A stretch of DNA of 64,000 nucleotides, from the NCBI GenBank assembly GCA_951406725.2, contig OX597814.1:139252001-139316000 (forward strand), given 5' to 3'. The position numbers and the translations under genes are program-made. Positions 48,761-63,230 of the stretch are shown piece by piece. The notes under the pieces were generated by a model. The model had not been told where the DNA came from. It worked only from the letters and a program-made list of their open reading frames with translations, and ran no database searches. Numbering within the stretch: the stretch's first letter is position 1; every line of letters starts with the position of its first letter. This DNA is from Octopus vulgaris (Eukaryota).

Positions 48761-51700
48761 GTATGTGTATGTTTGTGTAGAAATATGTGCATGAGATTTT
48801 GTGTTTGTGTGTGCTTGTAGAGAGAGAGACAGAGACATACAGACAGACAGACAGAGATCACTGCAAGTGGGTGTGTTGAAATAAGTGTATCACCTATTTC
48901 AGTACGCACACATGCACTTGTAGCAGAAGCATGTTCGCTCTTTACCTTTAGGTATCTGCTTTATGCCTTTTTGCCTTTTTACCTTTAGGTACCCATTTTG
49001 ACCCCTCACGTAATGGTCCAGTCCATCTAGCTTTACGCGAGCTGTCCACCTCTTAACGTGATAGACTTTCTAAGCGTCCCAACATCAGCTATTTCGAGGA
49101 AGTTTTTCCCGCTAATTCCTTAGAGAGGTGAGTCGCAACGAGCGAGTTTGGAGCTTTGCAGCTTCAGTAAGGAGAAACTTGTAGCAGGAATCCTTCACAC
49201 CATGCTTTACGTTTTTCTTGTTTTTTTTTTTCCAATGTTCATCTTCATCTTCAAGAAGCACTTTGAAACTATGTATTGCATTTAACAGATTTATTCATGT
49301 TACACCAGTTGTTGTATTTCTTTTTAGAGTCGGAATAAATGTTGCAGTCAATTTTTTCTTGTTTTCATCTTTCTTAATGTTCGTTATCCTGACTCTTATT
49401 AACCCAGAAGATATTAAATTACCAGGGCTTCAGCTACATTGCATCATTTACCGCCTCGCTAAACACTCATTTACGTGTAGGTAGAATTTTCTTTTTCTCA
49501 ATTTTTAGGGGTATGTACAAAGTATTCTTTAAACGTAATATATTTCGTTTTACGTATATGCATAAACTATCGACTGTTAAATAAAAATAAGAAGTTATCA
49601 CACGCATTCGAGGAGCTTAGAAATAGGATCATGAAGATACTTCTTCTAGTGCTCAGCATATGAAGAAAAACAGAACCAATAAAAATCTCATATATTATCT
49701 TCGTTTGGGTGATCGATCTGTAATCTATTATAAAATAAAGACAAATCCCTGGCCAGAGTAAAAAGAAGGAAAAAATGCAAAACGGAAACCTGAAGTATCG
49801 TGGAAATCTTACACATTTATCATGCGATAAACCACATACATCAACGTCTTAGCATTATATTTAAACTTATTTTCTTAATTCTGAAGTGGAACTGCTGTCA
49901 TATATTTGTGAAGTTTGTATGATAGAGTAAAATATAAATATATGAAGAAAAATTGGTTTTACCAAATGACCTTAAAAAATTATAAATATATTGTCTCAAT
50001 TTATTCTATTTAAGTTAGAAAACGAGAGCAAATTCTGCGTAGGAAAAAAATAGCTATTCTTAGTTTGCTTACGTCATCTCTATATCTGTTTTTGTTTTGT
50101 TTTGTAAAATGTTTTGTTGTGTTTTTCGTTTTGTCGGTTTTTGGGGGTTTTTTTTTATTAACTGCTCACTTCTGTCTATTCTTCGTCTGTGAGAGAATAA
50201 AATACGTTAAAACTTTTTTTGTTTTAAAAAAAAATCAGATAAAAGTCAGATAATTATACATTGCTATATTAACTAAAATCTCTAATGGCCTACATCATTC
50301 TTAATAGCTAACTTTAGTCTGAAGTTGAAATTGCAAATTTTATTTGATTATTTATTTGGTTGTTCGTTTGTTTATTTTGCTCTTGTTTAATTTATTTATT
50401 TTTATTTGTTTTGCATTGTTAGATGTGGAGACTGTTGTTATTTTTCATTACATTTCTCAATTCTGATTTCATTTTTGTTATTTTTCACTTCTCTTTTCCC
50501 CCTCCTTACCCCCGTTGTATGTCTTGTTATAAATTCCACATCGACATTCTAAACAAAGTAAACAACATGAAATCTAAGTTTCTACTTATTTTTCTTATTT
50601 TCTTTAACATCGGTCGACTCCAATCGAACAACAGGAAGATTAAGGAGAGGAAAAAGAAATGAATGACACTTCGATACCAATGAGAACGTTTATTTTTATT
50701 GTTCCTTTACCTGTCAGCGTAACAACCTCTTTACAATAAACCATCTGAGTCACTTTAAGAGGGTGGATCGTTGATCACAGCAGCAAACCTTTGCCAGCCT
50801 TTAATAAGTCTTTCAACTTACTAGTGTCTTCTATTTTTTTCATATTACTTTTTGGTTTCGTTTCGTTGGTTCTTTTTATTATTTCTTTTTTTCATTTAAT
50901 TAATCTCTGAAAAGGAAAGAAACGATGTAGAGGAATAAATAAATATAGTGTTGTCTAAAGAAGAAAGTACATAAAAACGTGACATGAAAAACGAAATAAG
51001 ACATGGATGAGATATAATGGCTATGTAGAAGGAGTGTGAGAGAGAATAAGTGTAAAAGAAGTGTAATTTGAAGTAAATATATTCAAGAAATGTTCATGTT
51101 TTATCAGTTGATAAATTACATGCCAATATCTGCTTCTCCGCCCTTTAATTCTTGTAGTCTTTCTCAATAAATTTCTCGACTGATATACACTATAAGTTTC
51201 CGAAATTCAAAAAGAGATTAGGGGAAAAAATTGCTGTCAATAATTTACTTCACCTATTATGGTATGTAATTTTCAGATAATTTTACATCAATGTTTACAT
51301 AACATAATGAAACTTGTAGGAGCAGCTATTAAGAAAAGTTTAATGAGAATTTTCTTGTGATATAGAAATACTGATGTTTGTCGATGAAAAATAGTTGGTA
51401 ACCTGCTGTGGTAGTCATGAATCCAGTTAAAGAATTATAGTGATGTAAATTTGTGTATTATAACAATATAAACAGGTTAACGTTAATTAATGCAAAAATC
51501 TCAGTTATTTCTCAGCTCTCGTGGTTCATGTTATATAAAATGTAATCGTTAACAAAAATAAATGTAATTACCGCAAGGAAAAGAAAAACATCGACGTTTC
51601 GGGCTCAGATTCTTTATCAAAGAAGGGAAGAGAGAAAGTTCCCTGTGCTACAGTTAACTTAGTACTACAGCTTATAATGAAAAATAGATACCGGTGCAGA

Positions 51701-52334
51701 AATTATATCTGCTTCTATGTCAGATATCATAACACCTTGACAGCTAGATGTTTTGTTCTCTGCAGTTTGATTACAATATACTTATACTTGACTTTACAAG
51801 ATGTTTGCCTACCAGGGAAATATTGACGCTTAGTATCACAAGAAAATTTACATAACACCTGTTGGATCAACTCACTTGATGATAAATAAATACCACAGAT
51901 TGATACAATTCACTGTTTTAAACAGAAATAACACAATACATAATTGACTAGTGTTTGATTGGCTTCAGTAGAAGATACAGGATGTCAGGGAAAGACACCC
52001 TTTAGCAGGATTCCTGCTAAATCCTTTACAGAAAAGCTCATTTGCTATTGGCTCTCATATGACAGCTATCTCTCAAGTGTAGCCCCATCAACTGTCTGCA
52101 TGCGGCATTGAGTCACCTCTTCGACAGCGACATAGGAAGGCCAGATAAACTAGGTTGAGAATAAATGAGGAGTTTCAAACTCGAGCCGCAATTTTTTAAA
52201 GGGATTGTATCCCTATACATATTGAGACTAGATTTCTGACAAGCTGTAAGGAGGAAACCCAGCTATCAGTTTAGTACCTTGTTTAGTAACTTTAGTAATA
52301 AATATTTACAGACTGAATGATGGTTTATGAATAA

Positions 52335-52490
52335 GTCACAAGGCCAGATATTTTGAGGAGAAAGGATTAACCGACATCATCAACCTCGTTATCTGAGTGA
52401 TTCTTTATTTTAGCGACCTCCAAAGGATGAAGGCAAAGTTAATCTCGGCAGAATTTGAATTCATGACGTAAAGAACCAGAAGAAATACCT
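52335..52490 (-). mobile_element. SINE family B, decayed
   Basis: aaaggatgaaggcaaagttaatctcggcagaatttgaat. Confidence 0.7.
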
Positions 52491-52874
52491 ATATTTAAAT
52501 GTTGCTTCTAATTTATAAGATCGGTAAAAATGAAATCGAGATATAGAAAGATAGATCGGTTAAGTGAGTGGGTGAACGATTGAATTAATGCGCGAATTTA
52601 CTTTAATACATTCTTCCATGAGACATTTATTTGGACTAATTAAAACTAATGTTGACGCGATAATCATTATTTGAAATCTAAAACGCTGACTTTCTATCTA
52701 AAGTAGAAACAATTATTTAAAATCTAGAGAGAAAGATGCTACAAATAATTCTTAGGTACCTAGATACACTGATGTCTAAGAATCTACATACATATATTTC
52801 CTGTTGTGACTCTCTCTTAGATTTGTAAAAGTCTATCGAGGATTACATGAGTAGATAGGCAACATGGCCTTTTT

Positions 52875-53569
52875 TTCCAAGGCATGGGTTTGTAGTTTGC
52901 AACTTCGTGGATTTGGGTTCAGTTCCACTGCGTAGTACTTTGGACTAGTGTATTTTTCTATGGCCCCTGGCTGATAAATGCCTTGTAAGTGAATTTGGTA
53001 GACGAAAACTGTATAGAAGCCCTTTTCATGTGTGTGTGAATTTGTATTTGTATTTGTTCCAGTCACCACTTGATAACCGATGCTGGTTTGTTCACGTGCC
53101 CGCAACTTAATTGCTGCTTACTTAATAGAACAAGTACAAGACTTAAAAATAAGTCCTGGAGTTAAGTTGTACGACTAAAACCTTAACAGTAGTGCCCCAG
53201 TATGGCCGCAGTTCAGTGACTGAAGTAACTAAGTGAAAAAAAGAAAGCTAAAAGAGCTTCATCATCATCTTTATAGAAATACTAGAAGTCAGAAATAATG
53301 ATGCTTGACTCCAATTTATGTAGCTTTAAGCCAAGCGGGGACACGTCGTCTCCTGCGTAGTCTGTTAAACTATCGTAGTCTGCGACCTTTTTGTCAACAA
53401 GTAAACAGAGATACAGGGATTCGTGGCTGAGTAATAAGATGCTTGCTCCCAAACTGTATCGTCCTGGGTTCAGTCCCACAGCGTGGCACCTTGGGCATTT
53501 GCCTTCTACTATAGCCTTGGACCGACCAAAGCCTTGTGAATGAATTTGGCACAGGAACTGAAAGAAGCT

Positions 53570-53659
<90 letters not shown>

Positions 53660-54370
53660 TGTGTGTGTGCGCGTATGTGTGTGTGTATGTGTCCCACCCC
53701 ACCCGCTTGACAGCCAGCCTTGGTGTGTTTACATCCCCGTAACTTACCGGTCCGGCCAAAGATACCGACAGAATATTACCAGGCTTTAAAAAAATACAAA
53801 TGCATGGCTCGATTCGTTCGACTAAACTTTTTCAAGTCGGTGCTCTAGCATGGCCACAATCTAATGATTGAAACAAGTAAAAGATACAAAAAATAAAAGA
53901 CAAACATAACCAAATATTTGCAATGACTCATGAACTCATGGCCAAAAGGTCATCAACACAGGAGTGGCTGTGTGGTAAGTAGCTTGCTTACCAATCACAT
54001 GGTTCCGGGTTCTTTCCCACTGCGTGGCACCTTGGGCAAGTGTCTTCTACTATAGCCTCGGGCCGACCAAAGCCGTGTGAGTGGATTTGGTAGACGGAAA
54101 CTGAAAGAAGCCCGTCGTATGTTTGGGTGTGTGTGTGTGTGTGTATGTATATGTTTGTGTGTTTGTGTTTGTCCCCCCAACATCGCTTGACAACCGATGC
54201 TTGTGTGTTTACGTCCCCGTCACTTAGCGGTTCGGCAAGAGAGACCGGTAGAATAAGTACTAGGCTTACAAAGAATAAGTCCTGGGGTCGATTTTCTCGA
54301 CTAAAGGCGGTGCTCCAGCATGGCTGCAGTCAAATGACTGAAACAAATAAAAGAATAAAAAAGAAAGAAT
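52875..54370 (+). mobile_element. Three SINE family A copies (52875-53245, 53413-53895, 53959-54370)
   Basis: Repeated head, CORE-like block and tail; the third is closest to the consensus of the other copies. Confidence 0.88.
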
Positions 54371-54411
54371 ATTATCCATAAGCGATTTCGAAAACCATTT
54401 TTAAGTCTGAC

Positions 54412-54678
54412 TTTTACTTGTTTCGGCCAGTAGACTGCGGCCACGTTGGGCACCACCTTGAACAATTTTAGTCGAACGAATCGACCCCAGTACTTATTTT
54501 TTAAAACCGATTCATCCGATCAGTCTTTTTTTTCCGAGCCGCTATGTCACAAGGGCGTAAACACGCCAACAACGGTAGTCAAGCGGTGGTGGAAGACAAA
54601 CGCGGGCACAAAGACACACACATAGATACATACATACATACATACATACATACATACATACATACATACATACATACA

Positions 54679-54710
<32 letters not shown>

Positions 54711-55768
54711 CACACACACACATTATATATTTATATATATTATAGGGTGGACCAAAAGTCACTAAGGGGTTGCAATCTTTGATAGTTCTTTTAATTTTTT
54801 ACCTTTTTTTACTTTTCGGGGATTTTATGAACTAGGAACTGATAATTATGGAAAATTTGACACGGCACAATGCACTGCATTGGCACCGCATACTACCCCG
54901 CATTGGCACCGAACAATGCACCCAAGTGGTGAAATTGTTCCATCAAAATCAGAGGTCAATTATTCGAACCCAGAGAGCACCAAAGAGAATTCAGCCCATA
55001 AAGTGTGCATTGTGGTGTGCAATTACGGTGGATAAGATAATCGGGCCTTATCTCTTTGAGGACTATGATGGTAATGCTGCCACTGTGACAGGTGAGCGAT
55101 ACAGGTCCGTAATCGAGAACTTTTTGCGTCCGGCCGTTCAAAATAGGCCCGATATGTGATTCCAGCAAGATGTGGTAATTGCTCATACCGCAAGAGAGAC
55201 AGTAAAGTTGCTGAAGCAATATTTTGAAGAAAGAATCACCTCCCGCTACTAACTGCGATGTTAACTGGCCATCGAGTTCCCCAGACTTGACCAGCCCTGA
55301 CTTGTTGGGGTACCTCAAGAAGGTTTATGCCAACAAACCAGCGACCCTGGATCAATTGAAGAAGAACATCACGAGAAAAAATCAGGGAACTGGACCCTGA
55401 AACCCTTAAAGCTGTCGTGGAACATATTTTGGAAAGGGCACGGATGTGTGAAGCTGAAAATGGATGCCATTTAAAAATGTCCTTTTTCATACGTAATACA
55501 GAAGTATGATGAAAAAGATATAATGCAAATTAATCTCCATTATTTCCTCTATATTGAACTATAATTTCATACACCTATTTGTGAAAATAAAGGAGTCATT
55601 AAAAATTGAAACCCCTCGGTAGCTTCTTTCAGTTTCCGTCAACCAAATCCACTCCCAAGACTTTGGTGGACCCCAGGCCATAGTGGAAGGCACTTGCCCA
55701 AAAGTGCCACGCAGCAGGACTGAACCGTGTGGTTGGGAAGCAAACGTCTCACCTTACACCCACGCCAA
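54412..55768 (-). mobile_element. SINE family A split by a mariner insertion
   Basis: 3' half at 54412-54630 and 5' half at 55620-55768. Confidence 0.8.
54745..55617 (+). mobile_element. rosa/DD41D-like Tc1-mariner, internally deleted
   Basis: ALWCAIT..IIGPYLFE...TVTGERY; FQQD..AHT (~41 aa across a frameshift) WPSSSPDLTSPD; GYLK.VYANKP. Inverted aggggttgcaatct / aaaattgaaacccct near the ends. Confidence 0.8.
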
Positions 55769-55859
55769 AACTTATGTGTTTTGTCAGATGATCATTTATT
55801 AACGGAAGAGAATGACATAACCTACTGAGATTAGTACATCTCTCGTTACCTTTTTCAAT

Positions 55860-56150
55860 CTTGTGAGTGGATGTGCTTGATGGAAACTGAAAGAAACCCA
55901 TCATTTATGTATATGTGTGTATGTGTGTATCTTTGTATATGCGTTTGTCTCCCACCGCCGCTTGGCAACCCATGTTAGTTTGCTAACATCACATCTTTGT
56001 AACTTAGCAGTTCGGCAAAAGATATCGATAGAATAAGTACTAGGCTTTAAAAAATAAGCACTGGTATCGATTCATTCGACTAAAACCATCCAAAGCAATG
56101 AACCAGTATGGCTGTTGTCCAATGACTGATCCAAAAGGTAAAAGAAAATC
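55860..56150 (+). mobile_element. SINE family A, headless
   Basis: ttgtgagtgga..ggaaactgaaagaa..gtaacttagcagttcggcaaaaga..gatagaataagtactaggctt. Confidence 0.8.
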
Positions 56151-57569
56151 GATAAAAATAGCAGATAAAAAGATATCTTGATCATGTGAGCCAGTGAGAG
56201 AGCATCAATCACACTAGTGACAGGATTTAATCTGAAATTGAAAGCTAACGAAATACTCATAAATTATAAAAATGCTATCAAAATGCTATGAATAGCGTAT
56301 TAATACTACTTCAAGGAACCAATTTACAGCTAGATAGACTCTGCCAAACAGCACAGCCTGGGTGCAAAATATGAAGCATTCAGTAAATTTTGAACGATTC
56401 AAACCTTCAGTTAGTAGGCGGACACCCTGACAACGCAGACACCTATAAATATGTCAGCTATTTCAGTACTATTATTGCAATTTGTGAGTATCGTAGTGAC
56501 ATTCGCAGTCCACACACAGTTTCGATTGCCAATGGTGGTTATTTTAATTCAAGTAGATCGCTAATGTTCTAAACGTCACATAATTTTATTTCTGTTTACT
56601 TTCTTTTATAATCTGAAGATTTGTGCGTATATAAGAAATCAATGTTTATTCTTGCTGTTTATGTGCTAAATGTGTTCCATTGCAAGCATTTACATTTGGA
56701 ATGATGAAATAGAAGAGTTTAAAGTTCTCCAAATTAAACCTCGATAAATATCTTCTGATATGGCCATATTTTTAGAATTTGTTTAAAAGGCTTCCCAAAT
56801 AGACGGCAAATCTATATTAGTTTCCATATTATATAATTATTTATTCTGCTTCAGAGACGATTAAATATAGAAACTCTGCTTTTCGACAACATTAAACACA
56901 GATATGCCTATTGAAGAGAATTTTCCACCACTTCTCTTATTTATCGCTGTGCTTTTTCCGGTTTTTACTTTCTTTACTTTTAATAAATATCTCTTATTGT
57001 AATGATTAAAATATCAGAGTAAATTTATGGTTGTATTCCCAAAAGAAATACGTTTAGATTCAGTAACTGACTTAACGTTTTATAAATCCGATTTGGAAAA
57101 GTTAATTGTTCCCGGAAATCTCTTTATACGTTGGTTTTGCATGTAATTCTAAAATTATTCTAATCGGTAAGAAGCGTTATGTAAAAGCATGATATTATGG
57201 ATAAATAAAGAGAGAGGTCATTGGCTGTAAAGTTAGAGACCTACGTTGCCTATGTAGAGATGAAAGGCATTCATTGCAAATTAAGTTAACCAATTCAATG
57301 CGGTGTCGGATTACCGTCTGAACGGTTCAGTGTCCGAAGCCTGTTAGTTTTTATGGTTAAGACGTTTAATTCTCTTGAATCCAGTGCTCGTGTCCTACTA
57401 ATTTTTATGACCAAGATGTTTAATTTTCGTCTGAAGGAACGAATTGATGGAATTGATTTGGAATTTTTGTTCCGGTTCTCTGCACTCGGAGTTTTATATC
57501 TTTACCGGGATTAACATCGGTTTTCATCCTTTTAGGATTAATAAATGAAGCTCCAATGCTGAGCTTGGT

Positions 57570-57570
<1 letters not shown>

Positions 57571-57641
<71 letters not shown>

Positions 57642-57648
57642 ATATATA

Positions 57649-57683
<35 letters not shown>

Positions 57684-57700
57684 ATATCTATCTATCTCTT
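57571..57700. repeat. (CT)n(CTAT)n microsatellite
   Basis: Direct reading. Confidence 0.95.
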
Positions 57701-58367
57701 TTTTTTTTGATACAACGAAAGAAAGCCAATCTAGTATGGTTTAATCCCTTGAATTTAAAAGTTATGTTTATAAGGAGCGTACACCACCTTAATTTTTAGT
57801 GACCTTATTTTCTGCTGCTGCTCTTACGGTTTCTATCCTGGCCGGTAGACCCTTCCCTCTGATATCTGTGTAATGGCACTTTAATGCCAGGAACCTATAC
57901 ACGTCATCAAATTTTAGGCATCAGTATAAAGTGCTTATGAACCTGGACAGTACCGCCCTCCAGTGGTGATTGAGGTCTCGAATGGATAACAGAAGTCCAC
58001 TGCAGGTGAGAAGACTATGCAAAAACAATGATATCTTCCGAGTGTATTTCACAAGTTCCTGATGTATAATGATAAACCAGTAAATGTTAATAATGATCAC
58101 TAATAGATATCCCTAAACTGTTACTTTCTGGCAGAAATGGCTCTTTTTCAAAAACTGTTCGACACTTTTAACACTTCATGATAAAGCGTTGCTCAAAACT
58201 TTCTGCGATGAAGGTAGACAACTCTTGTTGATAACTGCTGCTCTTTCGCTTAGCGTTATTCCAAACAGAACTTCAGCTTCTTTCATGAACGAAAGGAATA
58301 TCAGAAAACTTTTGGCATGTCTATTTTGGAAATGTTCTGATGGGTTGTCTTCAATGGAAGATTTTAT

Positions 58368-58787
58368 TCAAGGCAGTGAGCTGGTAGAATCGTTAGCACG
58401 CCGGGCGAAATGCTTAGCGGTATTTCGTCTGCCGTTATGGTGTGAGTTCAAATTCCACCGAGGTCAACTTTGCCTTTCATCCTTTCGGGGTCGATAAATT
58501 AAGTACCAGTTACGCACTGGGGTTGATGTAATCGACTTAATCCCTTTGTCTGTCCTTGTTTGTCCACTCTATGTTTAGCCCCTTCTGGGTAGTAAAGAAA
58601 TAGGTATTTCATCTGCCGTTACGTTGTGAGTTCAAATTCCGCCGAGGTCAACTTTGCCTTTCATCCTTTCGGGGTCGATAAATTAAGTACCAGTTACGCA
58701 CTAGGGTCGATGTAATCGACTTAATCCCTTTGTCGGTCCTTGTTTGTCCCTTCTATGTTTTGCCCCTTGTGGGCAATAAAGAAATAG
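58368..58787 (+). mobile_element. SINE family B dimer
   Basis: Headed unit plus headless unit joined at aaagaaata|ggtatttc (~58603). A further partial copy lies at 59058-59205. Confidence 0.9.
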
Positions 58788-60028
58788 GAAGTTTTTATTC
58801 AAGAGTGGCAATAATATACATTGGAGTCTGATATGGCCGACAATAAAATGAAACTCAATGAAGAGACAATAAAACGAAACCGATTTTCGCCAAATTCCAA
58901 GTGATTTATTTGTCTTATTTTTGGTTTTTGTGGTTTCTCTTTATGTTTTTTGTTTATTTGTCTATTTTGTTTTGTTTGTTTTTTTTTTGTGTTGATAAAG
59001 TTTGAGCATTTCATTTTCCAGTTGCCATGTATCTTCAATATTTCAACATTCTAAGTATGTGAGTTCAAATACTACCGAGGTCGACTTTGCATTTCATTCT
59101 TTCGGGGTCGACAAAATAAGTACCAGTTGAGAACTGGAGTCGATATAATCGGATTAACTCCCTACTCCGAAATTGCTGGCCTTGTGCTAAAATTTGAAAC
59201 CAATATTCTGAGCATGTAAGTGAAACTGAAGTCAACGAATTCTGAACAGTTGTACATTATTTACATTATTGACATTTGACGGATATTTGTACATAATTCC
59301 CCTTCTCTTAAATATAGAACTGTATTATCTAAACAGTTGTGTCATGAACGTAAACATAACCTAAAGTTTGATTGTGATTGCCAAGCTCTCGCTAACCTTT
59401 GCATATGAACTGGTAATCTGTTATTCACTTCCATTTAGCTGTTGATTTTCATTTCTTCTCGGTTTCATACAGTTTCATTTCATTATCGTCCATACTGGAG
59501 TCTGCTGCATGCCAGCGCTTAAATTTTATTAGGTCTAAGTACGTTTCATTGGAATTATTCACTTTGTTGAACTTGGATTATTACCAACATGATAGTGACG
59601 AAACTTTAAGGATATTGTTGTTCAGCTTTTACTTTTTCATGGTTGTATTTTAATTTTGTAATCTCGATAGTTTAGTAAATCAAAATTTAGAATTCAAGAT
59701 CTACAAGTAGATACCTAAAGTCCAGATCCAGATTTAGATCTACAGATATCTATTTATTACTAATCGTTTTTAATAGGCTTAGAGTTGTTAAATGTCTCAA
59801 TGGTTACAATAATTTAGATCTAAATCCGTAGACCTAGATCTAGATTAGATCTAATCCTAATATTACTAGACCGTTACGATTCATAATACATTGAAATATA
59901 GATCTAAGTTTGTACTAAGAACTGGTAGCAATATTGGTTGCAAATGTCATTTCTTTTGATGAGATTTCTGATTTTTTTTATTATTGTTATTGTTACAATC
60001 GAGTAATTTATGCACTGAATATTAAAAT

Positions 60029-62150
60029 CATGCCTCATAAAAAGAAATATGCTCATAGCTATTTTCCAAACTATTTGAAGATAAGTTTCACCGAATCTTT
60101 TACGAACAAACTATTTCTAAAGTGTTTACTGTCAGTAGACATTTTCTACTGAAGCTATGAAAACTAGACATCTTGTTACAAAATATCCAAAAGAGAAGGA
60201 CATACCCATTGAATATTTTCCAGAACTGAACGAAATATTTAAAAAATAGTTCTATTATAACTCCATCATTCAGGAAATAAAATTCCCATAACGAAGATGG
60301 TTTTATCCAGATATTGTATTTTACAATTAATTGCAAAAGTGGTTAAAGTAATAACATTCGGACAAACTTTGATAAAACTTTCTATCAAAGAATTTATTTC
60401 AACAGTTATGCGTCAGGACCCAAATGAAATTGTAAAAACATTATTCATTAGCAACAACACAGTAAAACGACGCATTGATGAAATGGCAGTGAACGTTAAA
60501 AATAAACTTATAGCTGTCCTCCAAAACTCATTATTTTCCATGCAGTTGGATGATTCTAACATTGTAGATTATGATGTTTTATTAAAGACATATATACGAT
60601 ACTTTATGAAAACAATATGCTGCAAGATGAAATGCTAGTCGACTTAAATATTATTGCAAGCACAAAAGCCTTATTAATATTTACTGTAGTTAAGGCGGCG
60701 AGCTGGCAGAACCGTTGGCACGCCAGGCGAAATGCGTAGCCGTATTTCGTCTGCCGTTACGTTGTGAGTTCAAATTCCGCCGAGGTCGACTTTGCCTTTC
60801 ATCCTTTCGGGGTCGATAAATTAAGTACCAGTTACGCACTGGAGTCGATGTAATCGACTTAATCCCTTTGTCTGTCCTTATTTGTCCCCTCTATATTTAG
60901 CCCCTTGTGGGCAATAAAGAAATAAGAATCGTTAATATGCCAGGCAAAATGCTAAGTGATATTTCGTCTGTTTTCATTTTCTGAGTTCAAATTCCGACGA
61001 GGTCGACTTTGCCATTCATCCATTCAAGGATCGATAAAATGAATATCAGTTAAACAGTGGAGTCGACCTGATCGGTTTATCACATTCCCCGAAATTGCTG
61101 GCTTTGTGCCAAAATTAAAAATCAATATTTACTGTTGTGTAAGGCGGCGAGCTTACAGAATCGTTAATACGCCGGGCAAAATGCTCAGTCCAAGTCCAAA
61201 TTCTGCTGGGGTCGACTTTGCATTCCATCTTATTGAAGTCGATAAAATATGTACCAGTTGAAAACTGGATGTCGATATAATTGACCTACCCACCTCCCCC
61301 GAAATTGCTGGCCTTGTGCCAAAATTTAAACTTCATATTTATTGTTGTAAAATCATATTTTGCAAAAATAATATACCCCAATATTGTTGCCTATGCTTCT
61401 AATAGAGCACATTCAACTTCGATAGTCGCTCTCATAGTTTTACTGCATATTTGCAGAAGTTGCTGCCTCTTTGCACATTCATTGTGTGTTATATAGAAAA
61501 CAACTTGTAGAAAAAAAACGCATTTAAATACATGCCTTCAGTCATCATTAAGTATTATAATTATAGATTTAAAGAAAATAAAATCGAATGCTAAAAATTA
61601 TAGGGTGTTTCGACAGCAGTACTAAGATATTAATGAACAATTTATTAGACTGCTGATGCACAAAAAAGTTCATTGGCTCTCTAATGGTGCATGTTGGACG
61701 CGTTTTGTCGAATTATGTGATTGTAGCATAGAGTTTTTGTAAAAATGAAATTGAAGCCGTGTTCTGTCAGTAATTAAAAACATCAAATACTTTTTTGTTG
61801 ACAAGCATTTTAAAGGTCTTTAATAGAATTAACTTGCAGCTGCATGTAGTCAGTATAACACATATAACTTGCAAAAATGTCGTTTCATTATTCATTAGAA
61901 AACTTGATCTTTCTCGACATAATATTTCGAAGAGGGAACTCTGTTAGTTCACAGAATTGTCATCAATTAAATATGATGTAACCCTAGAGGAGAATGAAAG
62001 GTTCAGCAGTCGCATCAACCTACTTGAAGTTGAGATGATACAAAATAATTAAACAATATTAACAATATTTCTAATTTGACATATACGACTGCGTGACGAA
62101 TCCTTTCAACACAAATGCTGTCGAAGTTGTGCCAGCATACCATGAACAGC
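60029..62150 (+). pseudogene. Decayed hAT (Buster/Charlie, ZBED5/SCAND3-like) transposase, interrupted by SINEs
   Basis: LIAK..ITFGQTLIK...SNNTVKRRIDEMA...FSMQLDDS...YIRYF; downstream HCV-like motif and RLLMHKKVHWLSNG (cf. LLLHTEVRWLSKG). Confidence 0.8.
60691..61335 (+). mobile_element. Cluster of three SINE family B units inside the hAT remnant
   Basis: Heads at about 60692 and 61141, with a headless unit at about 60926. Confidence 0.9.
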
Positions 62151-62164
62151 TTTCAGAATTCAAT

Positions 62165-62329
62165 GCAGGCGTGGCTGCGTGGTAAAAAGCTTGCACTCCG
62201 ACCACACACTTCTAGATTCAGTCCCACTGAGTGACACTTTGGGCAAGTGTCTTCTACTATAGCCTCGGGCCGACCAAAGCCGTGTGAGTGGATTTGATAG
62301 ACGGAAACTGAAAGAAGCCTGTCGTATAT

Positions 62330-62389
<60 letters not shown>

Positions 62390-62390
62390 C
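62165..62390 (+). mobile_element. SINE family A, 5' half ending in (TG)n
   Basis: gcaggcgtggctgcgtggtaa...ctttgggcaagtgtcttctactatagcctcgggccgacc. Confidence 0.88.
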
Positions 62391-62619
62391 ATTTTGGAAT
62401 TTGGTTTACAAGATTCTTTATATGAGTTCGTTTGCTGAAGTATATTCTGCTGTGTCTGGGAAGAGTCATTCTCTTGTAGTGCCTTATAATGTAAAACACT
62501 CACCGGTAAAATTTCCACTTATTTCATTCTTTATTTTTCTAAAATTTTCGTTGCGTCTTGCAACCTTTTCAATAGTTTTGACTCTGTCTATTATTCACAC
62601 TGCGTTCCTTGCTGTTTGT

Positions 62620-62873
62620 GCGCATGTGTGTGGGTTAGTGTGTGTCTACACATGCATTTATGTATTATGTATGTATGTATGTATGTATGTATGTATGTAT
62701 GTATGTATGCATGTGTGTATGCATGTATGTGTGTATGCATGTATGTGTGTATGCATGTATGTGTGTATGTATGTGTGTATATTTGTATATATTTATTCTA
62801 CATAGTCATGTGGTTGCGTGTCCGTGTTTATGTGTTTTAATGTATGTGTATGTATGTGTATGTGCGTGTATGT

Positions 62874-62926
<53 letters not shown>

Positions 62927-63170
62927 TCCCTGTGTCCTTGTGTGAAGTAAACTGTGTGTGTATATATATATGGTCATGTGTTTCTGTCTTCATTTGTGTA
63001 TGTATGCGTATGTGTGCTTGTCTGTTCATATAACCTATGTACCTATCCATCTGTATGTTGATATGTTTACTTTCATATCCATATGCTTATATACATGTGC
63101 ATATACATATATATATACATACACTCACACACACACTCACACGCGCGCATACATACATCTATCTACATAA
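62620..63170. repeat. (TATG)n/(TG)n low-complexity block
   Basis: Direct reading. Confidence 0.92.
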
Positions 63171-63230
63171 CAGCTCGCTAACTATTCTACTCTACCTGTG
63201 TAAACTGTGGATATGGGTGTATGATATCTA

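Noticed and set aside
57860-57900. GDFNAR-like APE endonuclease remnant
   Set aside because: Single frameshifted motif with no supporting neighbours.
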